A stretch of 33,787 bases of DNA from a virus (taxonomy: Duplodnaviria > Heunggongvirae > Uroviricota > Caudoviricetes): positions 71,787-105,573 of IMG/VR virus record IMGVR_UViG_3300044630_002233. One strand, written 5' to 3'. This document shows positions 19,600 through 29,272 of this stretch, piece after piece. The notes below the pieces were generated by a model. The model was given only the letters and a program-made list of their open reading frames with translations. It had not been told where the DNA came from and did no database searches. Each line of letters starts with the position of its first letter. Position 1 is the stretch's first letter. Made by a program: the position numbers and the translations under genes.

Positions 19600-21429
19600 T
19601 TATAGGGTATTTGGTGTAAACACATAGTTTCCAGCAGTAGTTTCACCAGAAGCAACCTTATCTTCAATCGCTTTTAGAACAATAGAATCTTCTTTAATGG
19701 TCGCTAATTGGTTTCTTACGGAAACTACGTCGTTTGATGCTGGTCTAATTGTAAAGGTTATTAAATTATCTTCTGCTGCATCGATGTTTATACTTTGTAA
19801 CAGAATCTTTCCTGTTTTATAGTTAACAGTTCCTACTGTTCCTGGACTGATAATTTTCTGCCCTGTTGAAGTAACAGAGAATCTTCTTAGAAATCCAAGT
19901 CCATTATCTTCAACGAAAAATGTAGTTGTTGAACCAGGAATGCTAAAACCACTACTTACAACATTACTAGTAATTCCTGCTTCACTGTAAATTGGGTTTC
20001 CGATATTGATTGCGTATGACTGAACACGATTATATACAGGAACGATTGATCTAGATAATCTAATAATTGTATTGCTGTTTACAATACCATCGGCAGCAGA
20101 ATCAATAACACTAGACAATCTACTATATCGCATTACACTGTCAAACTTGTTTAATTCTGTTCGATTAAAATTGACAATTGCTTGTCTAACCAAAGTCTCA
20201 ATACTAGTACCTGCTATGTTTGAAGTAATAGGATTGTAATAGATTGTTGAGGTTACTAAAATTCTTAGATATTCTGGATCAATAAGTTCTGGAATAATAG
20301 AAACAACATTTTTACTTTTCAATACTTCAGTCTTAATTTTCTCTTTAGTCTCTGGTGTTAATGTTTCGCCTGTTGTTGGTTTAACACAAATAAACACCTT
20401 ACCGTAAGTTGGAGGGTCGTTTTCTTCGCCACCCCAAACTGAAATGGTATCCACATTTGAATATAATTGCGGTAGAATTACTTTATAATCTTCTGCAGTT
20501 ACTGCTCTATTTTGGGCAGAGTAATTAACAGGCGCATTTGCTTTAATGCTTGCAATAGATTCAGGATCGGCTCCACCAACTGCTGGTGATGTAGTTGTAA
20601 TAGTTACAGTACCCAAATTAGCCGTACTTCCTTGCATATTAAATGTACTTGCGCCATTAGCTACTGCCTTTGAAGATTTAACATAGTTAATTAAAACGAT
20701 GTTACCTGATGATGGTTTATAGCCAATAATTCCATCACCAAAATAAATTTCGTACTTTCCATCCTCAACTTCTTTTAGGAAATACGCTCTTGTATCTTTT
20801 TCAACAGCTGTAATCTTATTAGAATAATTGTAGGTAGTAAATGCGCCAGTTGAACTTTCTTGGACACGAACAGATAATGTGTCGATATCAACATCATTGT
20901 TTGGAATTACAAAACGTAATGTATCCTCATAAACAAAACGATACTCTAAAGGTTTTCCCTCAGTAAGAACAACCCCATTGAACGTATATGCGCCAGCAAT
21001 CAAAGCAGAACTATATGATTCTCTGTTATAGAACAAGTATGTATTTTGATCGATTGTTGTAACAAAAGATGTACCAGCTGGGAGAGTAACAAATGGTGGT
21101 GGAGTTAAACCTGTCGCAACAATTCTAATATTTACAGTAGCCTTTGCGCATTTAGCTGAACGTGGTAGGTAACCAAGCATCTTAGCAATAGAAACTACAC
21201 TATCACGTTTACTTGCAGAATCTAAGAACATTTCATTCACTGCTAAGTTTGTATAAAGAGCATTGTAATGAGTGTTATATGCAAGTACGTCTAAGAGAAC
21301 AGAAAGACCTGAACCCTCAAAATTATAATCTTTAAATTGATCTTGAGTTTTTAAATACTCTTTTAGATTGTCTTTGATTCCATCAAAGTCAAGTTCACCA
21401 ACTCTAATTCTTTTGTTATTGTTAGCCAT
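19600..21429 (-). CDS. gp6: Baseplate wedge subunit gp6
   Basis: ELDFDGIKDNLKEYL, FKDYNFEGSGLSVLLDVLAYNTHY, EIYFGDGIIG, QNRAVTAEDY, VWGGEENDPPTYGKVFI. Confidence 0.95.
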   Translation of the reverse strand: MANNNKRIRVGELDFDGIKDNLKEYLKTQDQFKDYNFEGSGLSVLLDVLAYNTHYNALYTNLAVNEMFLDSASKRDSVVSIAKMLGYLPRSAKCAKATVNIRIVATGLTPPPFVTLPAGTSFVTTIDQNTYLFYNRESYSSALIAGAYTFNGVVLTEGKPLEYRFVYEDTLRFVIPNNDVDIDTLSVRVQESSTGAFTTYNYSNKITAVEKDTRAYFLKEVEDGKYEIYFGDGIIGYKPSSGNIVLINYVKSSKAVANGASTFNMQGSTANLGTVTITTTSPAVGGADPESIASIKANAPVNYSAQNRAVTAEDYKVILPQLYSNVDTISVWGGEENDPPTYGKVFICVKPTTGETLTPETKEKIKTEVLKSKNVVSIIPELIDPEYLRILVTSTIYYNPITSNIAGTSIETLVRQAIVNFNRTELNKFDSVMRYSRLSSVIDSAADGIVNSNTIIRLSRSIVPVYNRVQSYAINIGNPIYSEAGITSNVVSSGFSIPGSTTTFFVEDNGLGFLRRFSVTSTGQKIISPGTVGTVNYKTGKILLQSINIDAAEDNLITFTIRPASNDVVSVRNQLATIKEDSIVLKAIEDKVASGETTAGNYVFTPNTL

Positions 21430-21822
21430 TTATCGGGTTCTCTCTAGAACTAAATCCAATGTTATTGGAGTAAATGTGTTTAAAATCTTGAAATCTATTC
21501 TGACATTCACAGAGTTATTGCCCTCGTCATAAGTAACCTGAGCATCAAGTAATTCAACACGTGGCTCAAAGGTATTAATTACATCAATAATGTTCTGTCT
21601 AATAACTGATTCTGTAAACGGATCGGCAAGTTCGAACATTAGGGCAGAAACTTGTGAGCCAATTTCGCTATGAAATGGTCTTTCAAAGTTTTTAGTTAGA
21701 ATTAAATTTCTTATTGAACGCTTGATGGCATTCTCATCTAATCTAACAGAAACATCGCCTGTGACTGGATGTTTTGTAAAATTTAGATCTAAGTCTACGA
21801 AGGTTCTTGTATTATTTGCCAT
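21430..21822 (-). CDS. gp25: Baseplate wedge subunit gp25
   Basis: DLDLNFTKHPVTGDV, AIKRSIRNLILT.NFERPFH.EIGS, FEPRV. Immediately upstream of gp6. Confidence 0.95.
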   Translation of the reverse strand: MANNTRTFVDLDLNFTKHPVTGDVSVRLDENAIKRSIRNLILTKNFERPFHSEIGSQVSALMFELADPFTESVIRQNIIDVINTFEPRVELLDAQVTYDEGNNSVNVRIDFKILNTFTPITLDLVLERTR

Positions 21823-21827
21823 ATCTT

Positions 21828-21834
21828 TATTTAT
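21828..21834 (-). promoter_or_regulatory. Putative late promoter box ATAAATA, 5 nt upstream of the gp25 ATG
   Basis: Minus strand reads ATAAATA-AAGAT-ATG. Confidence 0.5.
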
Positions 21835-22142
21835 TATCCACCGATAAAGGTGTTTGGAGATCCTTGAGCAATAGCGTCGCCACAGGCAATGTTATCTCCG
21901 ATTCTTGCAGCAGCTTTTCCTTCGATAAAAGTATTACTCGATCCTGATGTATGCGCTCTTGCTGCTGGTTGAGCATGGGTAGTAATTCCACAAGAATGAG
22001 TAGCGTGATAGGAAGCATTATTGACTACCCCAACCTTTATACCATTGACAAAAGTCTTAGATACAGGTGTTGCGAGCATAGGGGTTGGTGGAAAACAACC
22101 ATGCCCTGTACTTTGATCGCCAATTCTAACTACTGCTGGCAT
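21834..22142 (-). CDS. gp5.4: PAAR-repeat spike-tip protein
   Basis: MPAVVRIGD..GHGCFPP, HSCG...H and KAAARIGDNIACG contain PAAR repeats with Cys/His metal ligands. Lies downstream of gp5. Confidence 0.93.
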   Translation of the reverse strand: MPAVVRIGDQSTGHGCFPPTPMLATPVSKTFVNGIKVGVVNNASYHATHSCGITTHAQPAARAHTSGSSNTFIEGKAAARIGDNIACGDAIAQGSPNTFIGG

Positions 22143-22636
22143 TATCTTGTATACCCCACATAAGTCTGGAGAGTGTTTTTACCATTAGTCCAGTCGTTTT
22201 GTACTTTTATTGTATAGATATTTATAGCCTTTACGGTAGTTCCGTCCATCGCTTTTGCAGTATAAGTATAATCTATTGTTCTTCTTTGGTCTGCCAAATA
22301 ATAGATCATTTCAGATAGTGCGTTCTGGTTAATCTCTTCAAACTTATTTACCGTAACAAAAGTATCTTGTGGTGTCCTATACTGCAAACTATTGTCAAAC
22401 GCATCATAATAATACCCAGATATTGAAGCTGGATCGCCATCCGTCTTTGTTACCGTATTAGGATTTTCCTCATTAAAGGTTATTGTTACGGGATAACGTG
22501 TAACGGTGGTAGTTGTTCCAGTACCACCAGAACCAACAGGTGTTCCGCTGGTAATTGATTCTTCATAATATATGGAAAAATTAAAGTTTTGATATTCCAA
22601 AACTGTTCCCAATAATGAGTCAGAAGGATAAAACAT
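22142..22636 (-). CDS. Hypothetical protein (164 aa), probable T4 gp5.1 counterpart
   Basis: Positioned between gp5 and the PAAR gene. Size and C-terminal pattern (YTY...YTIKVQNDW...LQTYV) recall gp5.1, from memory and unverified. Confidence 0.5.
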   Translation of the reverse strand: MFYPSDSLLGTVLEYQNFNFSIYYEESITSGTPVGSGGTGTTTTVTRYPVTITFNEENPNTVTKTDGDPASISGYYYDAFDNSLQYRTPQDTFVTVNKFEEINQNALSEMIYYLADQRRTIDYTYTAKAMDGTTVKAINIYTIKVQNDWTNGKNTLQTYVGYTR

Positions 22637-22639
22637 TAA

Positions 22640-25600
22640 TTATCCTTTCTTGGGAAATACGCCATTTACTGGTTCTAGTAAAACAAATCCTTTAGGGAAA
22701 CCCTTAGCATCTCTTTGATACGTAGCGTGTCTAGACATAGTAAACGCCATTTTTCTATTGCCACCCTTGTAGTTATAACCAATGTGGATCCATACTGAAG
22801 CAGGGTTATCATATTCAAGAATAATTTGGTCATATGGAATAGCACGTTCGATTAGCTGAACCATCTCATAGGTTCTTCTATAACGATCACCACCACGCAA
22901 GCCAATATCAAGAGCCTGTCCTTTACAGTGTGGTGATGTAGCTGATTCGATTGGTCCAATGACACCCTTCAAACGATAGCCAGAGTTAATACCCCATAGA
23001 CCTTTCCTATAACCAACCATACCTTGCGGAACAATTTCAGCAGCAACCAATGGTTCTAAACATGCATGGACATGGTTTGCCAAGTTACAAACAATTTCTT
23101 GTGGTGTGTATATACGTTCTTGTTTTGCGTTACCAAATTGTAAGAAATCTGTCAGAGATTGGTTTTGTAATCTATGACGACCACCAACACCACCATCAAT
23201 ACACATACCTAGTGTAAAGTTCTTCGTTAGTTTATAACTGTCAGTAAATCTTTCACTTGAGAAGATAACTGCGCAATCAACTTTAGATTTTGGATCTGGT
23301 GCGCCACCCGATGGGGCTGGAGCTTCAGCTGCTGGTGGCGCTGTATTGTCACGACCAGCAATTTCAGCTTCTTTATCGTTCTTAAGTTTTCTTCCCTCTG
23401 GTGAGTTTAGATCTTCTTCTGTTTCGCCAGCCTTCTCTTTATCTGATGTACGTTCTCTTCCTTCAAGTGGAGGAGCGCTGTTGCCTTGTGGGTTGCCAAC
23501 AGGTGGCGCTACAAGCGCTGTTGCGTCTGCTGGTGCTTTTGGCGTAGCCTCGTTAGCGCCATTACCAAAGTCACCTCTTGAATAATCAAGACGCATAGCT
23601 CCACCTGATTTTATCTCCATAGCAGAATCAGTACTAAATCTTACACTTCCTGTAGATTTAATGTCAGTCAATTCAGTAACTGCTATACCAAGATTACCTT
23701 TAACAGCAGCAGAGACACTTCCACCAACATCAATATCTAAGTTACCTCCAACTTTAAGTGAGAAGTCAGAACCAACTGCCATGTTCAAGTTTCTAGCAAC
23801 ACCAAAATCTAAGTTGCCACCAAATATGGCTTCAGCATTACCTTCTACTTTAATGTTTGCGTCTGATTGACATAGAATGTTTACTTGCCCACCGACTGTT
23901 AAATTGCAAGTACCCCAAACATAGAGATTACCATTTTTGGACATAACAGTATAACTGTCGCCATTAATATAGTCGACACGTGTACCATCAGCATCAATAT
24001 CTGAGTATGTTCCTGCACGGTGGAATGTGGTTATTCTCTCATTACCTGGAGTATCATCCCACTCTTGAACGTGTCCTGATTCTGTTTCAAAAACTTTGTT
24101 ATATGGATATTGTCCACCATATGGTGCTTCTGGTTGATCCCATGATGCTCCATTTGCTGTTGGTATCTGTAATGCCCTTAGACCATCTTTTACTTCAATG
24201 ACAGTGCCCTTAAAAACACCTCTTGCTAGTCTATTGGTGTCAGGTTCATTTAATAAATTTCCCAAAGGATATTTTCCATTAGGATCTCTAAAACCAAACT
24301 TACTTTCAGCTGCAGAAGGAGAAGGGATTACTGTACCAGCAGAATCGGTACCAGCTGATGCTTCTGATGCAGCTGGTCCATTAGTAACAGGATCGACTGT
24401 AGGTAATGCTTGTTTATCAGCTACACTTTGCGATTTTTCGCCGTAGAAATATTCAAAGAATTCTTTTTTTCTAGCGCCAATGTCTGGCGAGTTAATACCA
24501 ACTGCTCTTTTTGCAACTTCAAAATATCTTGCATCGTTAGGTGTTTTCTTAGGAACACGATCAACCAAATATAGCGCAGCAACGATAGCACAAACATTAA
24601 GGTCTGCATTAAGAGAATCTGGATTATTAACAATGTCAATATTCAAGCCAAATTTCTTAGCCAGATTATTGTATCTAATATAGTTAGACTTACCTGTTAA
24701 CTGAATGTAACCTCGTCCGTAGTATTTACCACCCTCTGCGTCATTAACGTGATCAAAGAATCCTTTACCACGTGTTGTTGGACCGTAAATATAACTGAAG
24801 AATCCTTCTCTTCCTTGCTTTTGAGAAGACCAGTTGATATACTTTTTCCATTCTTCTTCTGGACGTTTATTTGTAATTCCTGGGAAAATTTGTCTAAAAC
24901 GACTTTCGTCATAAAAAGTGTTCTCAAATAATGGTTGCCATGTCGATTCGCCACCAGCAATACCTAGTAAAGCGCACTTCTGTGCCTTTGATGTTAATCC
25001 AACTTTATCGCAAGCAGCGATCATTGCTTTAATAGAAGCTGTTTGTACTGCTAAGTTTTTCTGATATTTTTTCGGTGGTACTGTAGGAATAGCGTCATTA
25101 ACAGGAGATGAAACTGGCGCTTCTGCTGGTGTGGTAGATGGCGCAGTATTTGTTGCGGTAGTAGTATTTGCGCTTTGCGCTGGTGTTCTATTTACAGTAT
25201 TGTTGTTAGTGGTAATGTTAGTCGTAGACCCACTAGTATTAAGTGTTTCCTCTTGACCAGATCTACTTTCTTTTACTGCTTCTAAGTTTGTTGGTGCGAC
25301 TTTGATGGTAATAATGTTCTCGCCGTTACCACCATAAGTTTTATTGATTCTAATTGTATCACGAGAGACAATCTGTTCAATTAAAGTTTCTTGCTCAACA
25401 CCAGCGCCAAAGACTCTCATCTTTTCTGCTAGTTTTGATGTGAAGTCTGTTATTTGCCCATTTGGATCATAGAATGTTAATTGATTTGTTCCACCAATAG
25501 TTCTTGGAACTGTTCTTAATTCAGCTACTACTGATTCGTCTTTTGGTGTAAGATTGATATTACCATCATCAATATCAATCTGCCCGTATAAACTTTCTTG

Positions 25601-25885
25601 TGGTACTCCACCAATAGTACCCATCATAATAGGGAATTGTTTTGCTTCGTCTTGGAATGCAATAATTACCCAAGTGCCAGGAACTGGACCTACTGGTGAA
25701 TAACCAATACCATTCATCGCAGCAGAGTTGATCGGCTGCATAGGGAATGACCATGGTAAATCTTCTGTTGGAAGAAGAGCTGTATCTTCTGTATGTACGC
25801 CCACTACTCGAACTTTACAACGTCCAAGTCTTAATGGATCGTCACGACTCTCAACAACACCAGTATGAAACATTAAACTTTTCAT
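22640..25885 (-). CDS. gp5: Baseplate central spike gp5 with internal GH19 glycoside hydrolase and C-terminal M15-type peptidase (1081 aa)
   Basis: OB-fold N-terminus GVVESRDDPLRLGRCKVRVVGVH...LPW; GH19 motif YYGRGYIQLTGKSNY; beta-helix entry YPYNKVFETESGHVQEWDDTPGNERI; M15 motifs NSGYR, SPHCKGQALDI and WIHIGY. Confidence 0.93.
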   Translation of the reverse strand: MKSLMFHTGVVESRDDPLRLGRCKVRVVGVHTEDTALLPTEDLPWSFPMQPINSAAMNGIGYSPVGPVPGTWVIIAFQDEAKQFPIMMGTIGGVPQESLYGQIDIDDGNINLTPKDESVVAELRTVPRTIGGTNQLTFYDPNGQITDFTSKLAEKMRVFGAGVEQETLIEQIVSRDTIRINKTYGGNGENIITIKVAPTNLEAVKESRSGQEETLNTSGSTTNITTNNNTVNRTPAQSANTTTATNTAPSTTPAEAPVSSPVNDAIPTVPPKKYQKNLAVQTASIKAMIAACDKVGLTSKAQKCALLGIAGGESTWQPLFENTFYDESRFRQIFPGITNKRPEEEWKKYINWSSQKQGREGFFSYIYGPTTRGKGFFDHVNDAEGGKYYGRGYIQLTGKSNYIRYNNLAKKFGLNIDIVNNPDSLNADLNVCAIVAALYLVDRVPKKTPNDARYFEVAKRAVGINSPDIGARKKEFFEYFYGEKSQSVADKQALPTVDPVTNGPAASEASAGTDSAGTVIPSPSAAESKFGFRDPNGKYPLGNLLNEPDTNRLARGVFKGTVIEVKDGLRALQIPTANGASWDQPEAPYGGQYPYNKVFETESGHVQEWDDTPGNERITTFHRAGTYSDIDADGTRVDYINGDSYTVMSKNGNLYVWGTCNLTVGGQVNILCQSDANIKVEGNAEAIFGGNLDFGVARNLNMAVGSDFSLKVGGNLDIDVGGSVSAAVKGNLGIAVTELTDIKSTGSVRFSTDSAMEIKSGGAMRLDYSRGDFGNGANEATPKAPADATALVAPPVGNPQGNSAPPLEGRERTSDKEKAGETEEDLNSPEGRKLKNDKEAEIAGRDNTAPPAAEAPAPSGGAPDPKSKVDCAVIFSSERFTDSYKLTKNFTLGMCIDGGVGGRHRLQNQSLTDFLQFGNAKQERIYTPQEIVCNLANHVHACLEPLVAAEIVPQGMVGYRKGLWGINSGYRLKGVIGPIESATSPHCKGQALDIGLRGGDRYRRTYEMVQLIERAIPYDQIILEYDNPASVWIHIGYNYKGGNRKMAFTMSRHATYQRDAKGFPKGFVLLEPVNGVFPKKG

Positions 25886-27174
25886 TAAACCCCACCCTTA
25901 TCCAAATCAATAATCATAGAATCTTTAATCAACTCCATGTGACACGTATGCGACTCTTTATCTATAACATGATTAATCGCAGCAATCAAGTAATTACCTG
26001 AATGAACTTTATCTATCAAGTTATCTAGGTTCTCTTGAGCAGATGCTTGTTCTGTTTTATATGTAGTTAAATTCACTTTCATACCAACGGTATAGTCTGT
26101 TCTACCTGGAACTACAATCTGAACTTTAAAGGATTCAGCTTGTCCCATTAAAGATAATCTTTGCTGCGCAAATTTCGTGTTAGTAATATCATTATAATCT
26201 GTATATACGCCAAAGTGTTTTTGTTCGTGCATCTGCAAAGCATTCGGTGCTACAGGAACACGAGTTGATGCGATAGGAAATTTATTTAAGTGATTGTGAT
26301 TAGGAAAATCTTTTAATAGGTTGTAATTTCTAACCGAATATTTTTTACTAACAAAATCGTGAGTTATCATTTTAGAAGCATAGATACCTGATCTAGTTCT
26401 TTGCATATAATCAAAAGATTTTTCTACTCTAAACTCTGATACACGTTTATACGCTTCGTCTGGGTTTGGTCCGTTTGTACCTTGCGTTGTAAAATCTCGA
26501 GTTCTGTTGTCAAATATAAAATCCTGAAATTTTTCGCCATTATACAAATCACTCAGCGTTAAGAAGTTGAATCCGTACCTATTCTCAAAGAACAGATAAC
26601 TACTGTTAGATTTGTCGCTTACTGCAACTTTACTTAGATAGTTTAAGCATGCACTCGGTGGCCAAAAGTTAGCAACGAATCTTATTTTATTGCTTGCTTG
26701 TTCGAATCTACAAACTTTATCTGAGTTTAACCCTTCTGGTGTTCCAATTAATCTTCTAGCGATGTCGCTACAAACACCCTCAAACGATTTGCTAATCTTG
26801 AAATTTAAGTCAACGATGGCTTCTTTTGAAATGAAGTGAATAGCATATAATTGGTTTTTATCATTTACAAGTTGTCTTTGATCCATCTTAAATAGATAAA
26901 ATTCGCCTTGTATTATTCGTGCAGCTTCGGTAAAAGATGGTGTAGAAATTTTTAATAGTAAATATTCTTCGCCAATAAATGGAAAGAAGTTTACTAGATC
27001 CAACGCATCGGTAAGAACGATAGTTCCCGTAATAAATGGTGAGAACATATCCTCAAATACTTCTACTTGAGCAATCTGACCCTTTACATCTTGGGTATAT
27101 CCATTGGCAGATCTTACGATCGCCGTTTCAATATTTACTGAGCCAGCTGCTCGTAAACCAGTTAATCCAGACAT
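25885..27174 (-). CDS. Baseplate hub protein, gp27-like (429 aa)
   Basis: EVFEDMFSPFITGTIVLTD, YLFFENRYGFNF and VPGRTDYTVG...SGNYLIAAINH match the gp27/late-control-D hub pattern. Lies between gp53 and gp5. Confidence 0.75.
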   Translation of the reverse strand: MSGLTGLRAAGSVNIETAIVRSANGYTQDVKGQIAQVEVFEDMFSPFITGTIVLTDALDLVNFFPFIGEEYLLLKISTPSFTEAARIIQGEFYLFKMDQRQLVNDKNQLYAIHFISKEAIVDLNFKISKSFEGVCSDIARRLIGTPEGLNSDKVCRFEQASNKIRFVANFWPPSACLNYLSKVAVSDKSNSSYLFFENRYGFNFLTLSDLYNGEKFQDFIFDNRTRDFTTQGTNGPNPDEAYKRVSEFRVEKSFDYMQRTRSGIYASKMITHDFVSKKYSVRNYNLLKDFPNHNHLNKFPIASTRVPVAPNALQMHEQKHFGVYTDYNDITNTKFAQQRLSLMGQAESFKVQIVVPGRTDYTVGMKVNLTTYKTEQASAQENLDNLIDKVHSGNYLIAAINHVIDKESHTCHMELIKDSMIIDLDKGGV

Positions 27175-27665
27175 TACAACTTCCTATAAGTTTCAAGTAC
27201 GGTAAATAAAATTGCTGGCGCTAATATTTTAATTTTTCGTTTTGCTTCATTAACTCTATCTTCGTGTAAGGTGTTAGAAATAGTTGTAGTTCCTACGCCA
27301 GAGTTAACGATGTTGCCATCTACATCTTCATAATGATGTACAGCATTAATATTGCTGATTCCATATTTTTTAATTACGTGAGCATCTAATTGTGGTTGAG
27401 ACATTGGCATATCATTTATGTAATCATATCTTTCATTCAATATCATAAGCACCCAGTGATATAATGGAGAACCATATAATTTTTCCGAAACCATTTCAAA
27501 AGTTTCACCATCTTTCAAATAATAGTATTCCCATTGTACAATATTTTCTACTAGGGCTTTTCTAAAACGAACATTTTGTGTTACGTCCGTTACAACCATT
27601 AAATCGTTGTTCTTTTTTCCAGTATTAAAATCGTAGTAAATTTCTCTAAATTTATCGAAATACAT
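27174..27665 (-). CDS. gp53: Baseplate wedge protein gp53 (LysM-like)
   Basis: MYFDKF, YYLKDGETFEMVSEKLYGSPLYHWVLMILN, NEAKRKIKIL. Confidence 0.93.
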   Translation of the reverse strand: MYFDKFREIYYDFNTGKKNNDLMVVTDVTQNVRFRKALVENIVQWEYYYLKDGETFEMVSEKLYGSPLYHWVLMILNERYDYINDMPMSQPQLDAHVIKKYGISNINAVHHYEDVDGNIVNSGVGTTTISNTLHEDRVNEAKRKIKILAPAILFTVLETYRKL

Positions 27666-28765
27666 TATAGACCCATTTCAATTTTATCTTTAGTAAGAAT
27701 ACCCAACTCTTTGAACGTCATTTGTACGTTAATTTGTGTTGGAGTTCCATCTGGGAAAGTTGTATACTGTCCGTTTGGCGTATAGTTAATCGTCATGTCG
27801 CTCAATACACAAGATGTATGTTTATGTATTGCTTTGTTCAATCCCTTACCCTTGTAATAAAAAATATCAAACTCAGATGGATATAAAAACAAGAACGCAT
27901 CATCTTTATATTCAGGATGCATGTGATATTTAAATTGATAGATAATCGCTAAGACGTTCTTGGCTTCTTCAGGGCTACGAGGATAAAACTCATAGTTGAT
28001 GTTGAATGTTCTAAAATCAACACCTTTAAATAATTGTTCTTTCTTTGGGTTAGCAGCTACACCTGAGCCAGCTGAAAGTGCGTCTCCTCCAGGAAGATTT
28101 GCTAAAGCAATAGCACTTGTCATTCCTGGTTTACCAATTACGTTTGCTGCACCGTAGCCAACTGCTGCTCCCTTTGCTGGACTATTTCCCAGCGCTTTCG
28201 CCACACCACCACCAACAACAGCTCCTGCTACTGATCCCAGACTCATCGATTCGACTGCTGCAGTTTCAGTTAACAGATCTTTGTCTTGCCAATTCATACC
28301 ATAACGAACCTGTAACTGATTTGGCATATGTAAAGCAATAGCAGTTTTTAGTCGTTTTACTGGTCGTGTAAATTTTCCACTCTTTGGAGCAATATACTCA
28401 GCAGTACGAAAGCCAACAGCACCAGCCATTAAACCACCAAGTAATGGATCGCTGCTCGTTGCTGCAGCAGTTCCACCTGCGCCCATAAGTGCCGTAGCAG
28501 CAGTATTAGCTGCTATTACTCTTGTATTAGAATAATCTTGGGCAATAAACTCGCTACGGACACTTGGCGTATAATCTTTTACGAAATTGTCTGAATTAGA
28601 TTTACCAAGTTTAGATTCTTCAAGAACATTAATGTTAAAAAGAATCATACTTTCGCCATATTCACTGTAGTTACCGATCAGATCTCTTGGATAGGTTAGC
28701 TGGTCGATCTTGTACTTACTACCATCTTCAGCAGTAAATTCGTTAGGGTTGGTTTGAGTGGCCAT
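27665..28765 (-). CDS. gp48: Baseplate tail-tube cap gp48
   Basis: LHMPNQLQVRY and NPKKEQLFKGVDFRTFNINYEFYPRSPEEA...FKYHMHP...YPSEFDI...MTFKE are gp48 motifs. Confidence 0.9.
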   Translation of the reverse strand: MATQTNPNEFTAEDGSKYKIDQLTYPRDLIGNYSEYGESMILFNINVLEESKLGKSNSDNFVKDYTPSVRSEFIAQDYSNTRVIAANTAATALMGAGGTAAATSSDPLLGGLMAGAVGFRTAEYIAPKSGKFTRPVKRLKTAIALHMPNQLQVRYGMNWQDKDLLTETAAVESMSLGSVAGAVVGGGVAKALGNSPAKGAAVGYGAANVIGKPGMTSAIALANLPGGDALSAGSGVAANPKKEQLFKGVDFRTFNINYEFYPRSPEEAKNVLAIIYQFKYHMHPEYKDDAFLFLYPSEFDIFYYKGKGLNKAIHKHTSCVLSDMTINYTPNGQYTTFPDGTPTQINVQMTFKELGILTKDKIEMGL

Positions 28766-28776
28766 CTTTTAAGTCT

Positions 28777-28783
28777 CTAAATA
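28777..28783 (+). promoter_or_regulatory. Putative late promoter box CTAAATA driving the gp4-gp2 direction
   Basis: CTAAATAT in the divergent gp48/gp4 gap. Confidence 0.6.
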
Positions 28784-28808
28784 TGTATTGTTGGAGTACA
28801 CCTTCTAT

Positions 28809-28815
28809 TATTTAG
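28809..28815 (-). promoter_or_regulatory. Putative late promoter box CTAAATA driving the gp48-gp53-gp5 direction
   Basis: The plus strand has TATTTAG at 28809-28815, i.e. CTAAATA on the minus strand, 43 nt before the gp48 ATG. Confidence 0.6.
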
Positions 28816-28817
28816 TT

Positions 28818-29264
28818 ATGTTTCACAAGAGAAAATTTAAACCTTTACATCCCGAAAAATATGATGGCGACCCTACAAATGTTATTATGAGGTCCAGCTG
28901 GGAAACAAGATTCGCATCTTGGTGCGATAGGAACAGCGCAATCATAAAATGGTCGTCAGAAGAAACAGTTATCCCTTACAGATCCCCAATCGATGAAAAA
29001 ATACATCGTTATTTTGTCGATTTTAGAATACAAACAAGGGATAGTTCTGGGAAACTTGCTACGTATTTGGTAGAAATTAAACCCCATAAACAAACCCAAC
29101 CACCTGAATATCCTGGAAGAAGAACCCAAAGATATCTTACAGAATCTGCTACCTTTGTTGTTAATCAAGCAAAATGGAAAGCTGCCGATTCTTACGCTAA
29201 AGATAGGGGTTGGCATTTTAAGATAATTACTGAATATGAACTTGGTCTTGCACAAAGTAAATAA
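28818..29264 (+). CDS. gp4: Head completion nuclease gp4 (TnsA-like PD-(D/E)xK)
   Basis: KFKPLHPEKYDGD, RSSWE.RF, WSSE..VIPY.SP.D...HRYFVDF, EIKP, NQAKW.AA. Start placed at ATG 28818 (MFHKRKF) rather than the TTG at 28788 in the ORF track. Confidence 0.93.
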   Translation: MFHKRKFKPLHPEKYDGDPTNVIMRSSWETRFASWCDRNSAIIKWSSEETVIPYRSPIDEKIHRYFVDFRIQTRDSSGKLATYLVEIKPHKQTQPPEYPGRRTQRYLTESATFVVNQAKWKAADSYAKDRGWHFKIITEYELGLAQSK

Positions 29265-29267
29265 ATA
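29261..29267 (+). promoter_or_regulatory. Putative late promoter box ATAAATA, 5 nt upstream of the gp2 ATG
   Basis: ATAAATA-GGAAT-ATG. A second, overlapping TAAATA lies at 29258-29263. Confidence 0.5.
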
Positions 29268-29272
29268 GGAAT

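Noticed and set aside
28788-28817. TTG-initiated 10-aa N-terminal extension of gp4 in the ORF track
   Set aside because: The conserved gp4 pattern starts at MFHKRKF (ATG 28818), and the extension overlaps the minus-strand promoter box. It is not fully excluded, since the TTG is 4 nt after a CTAAATA box.
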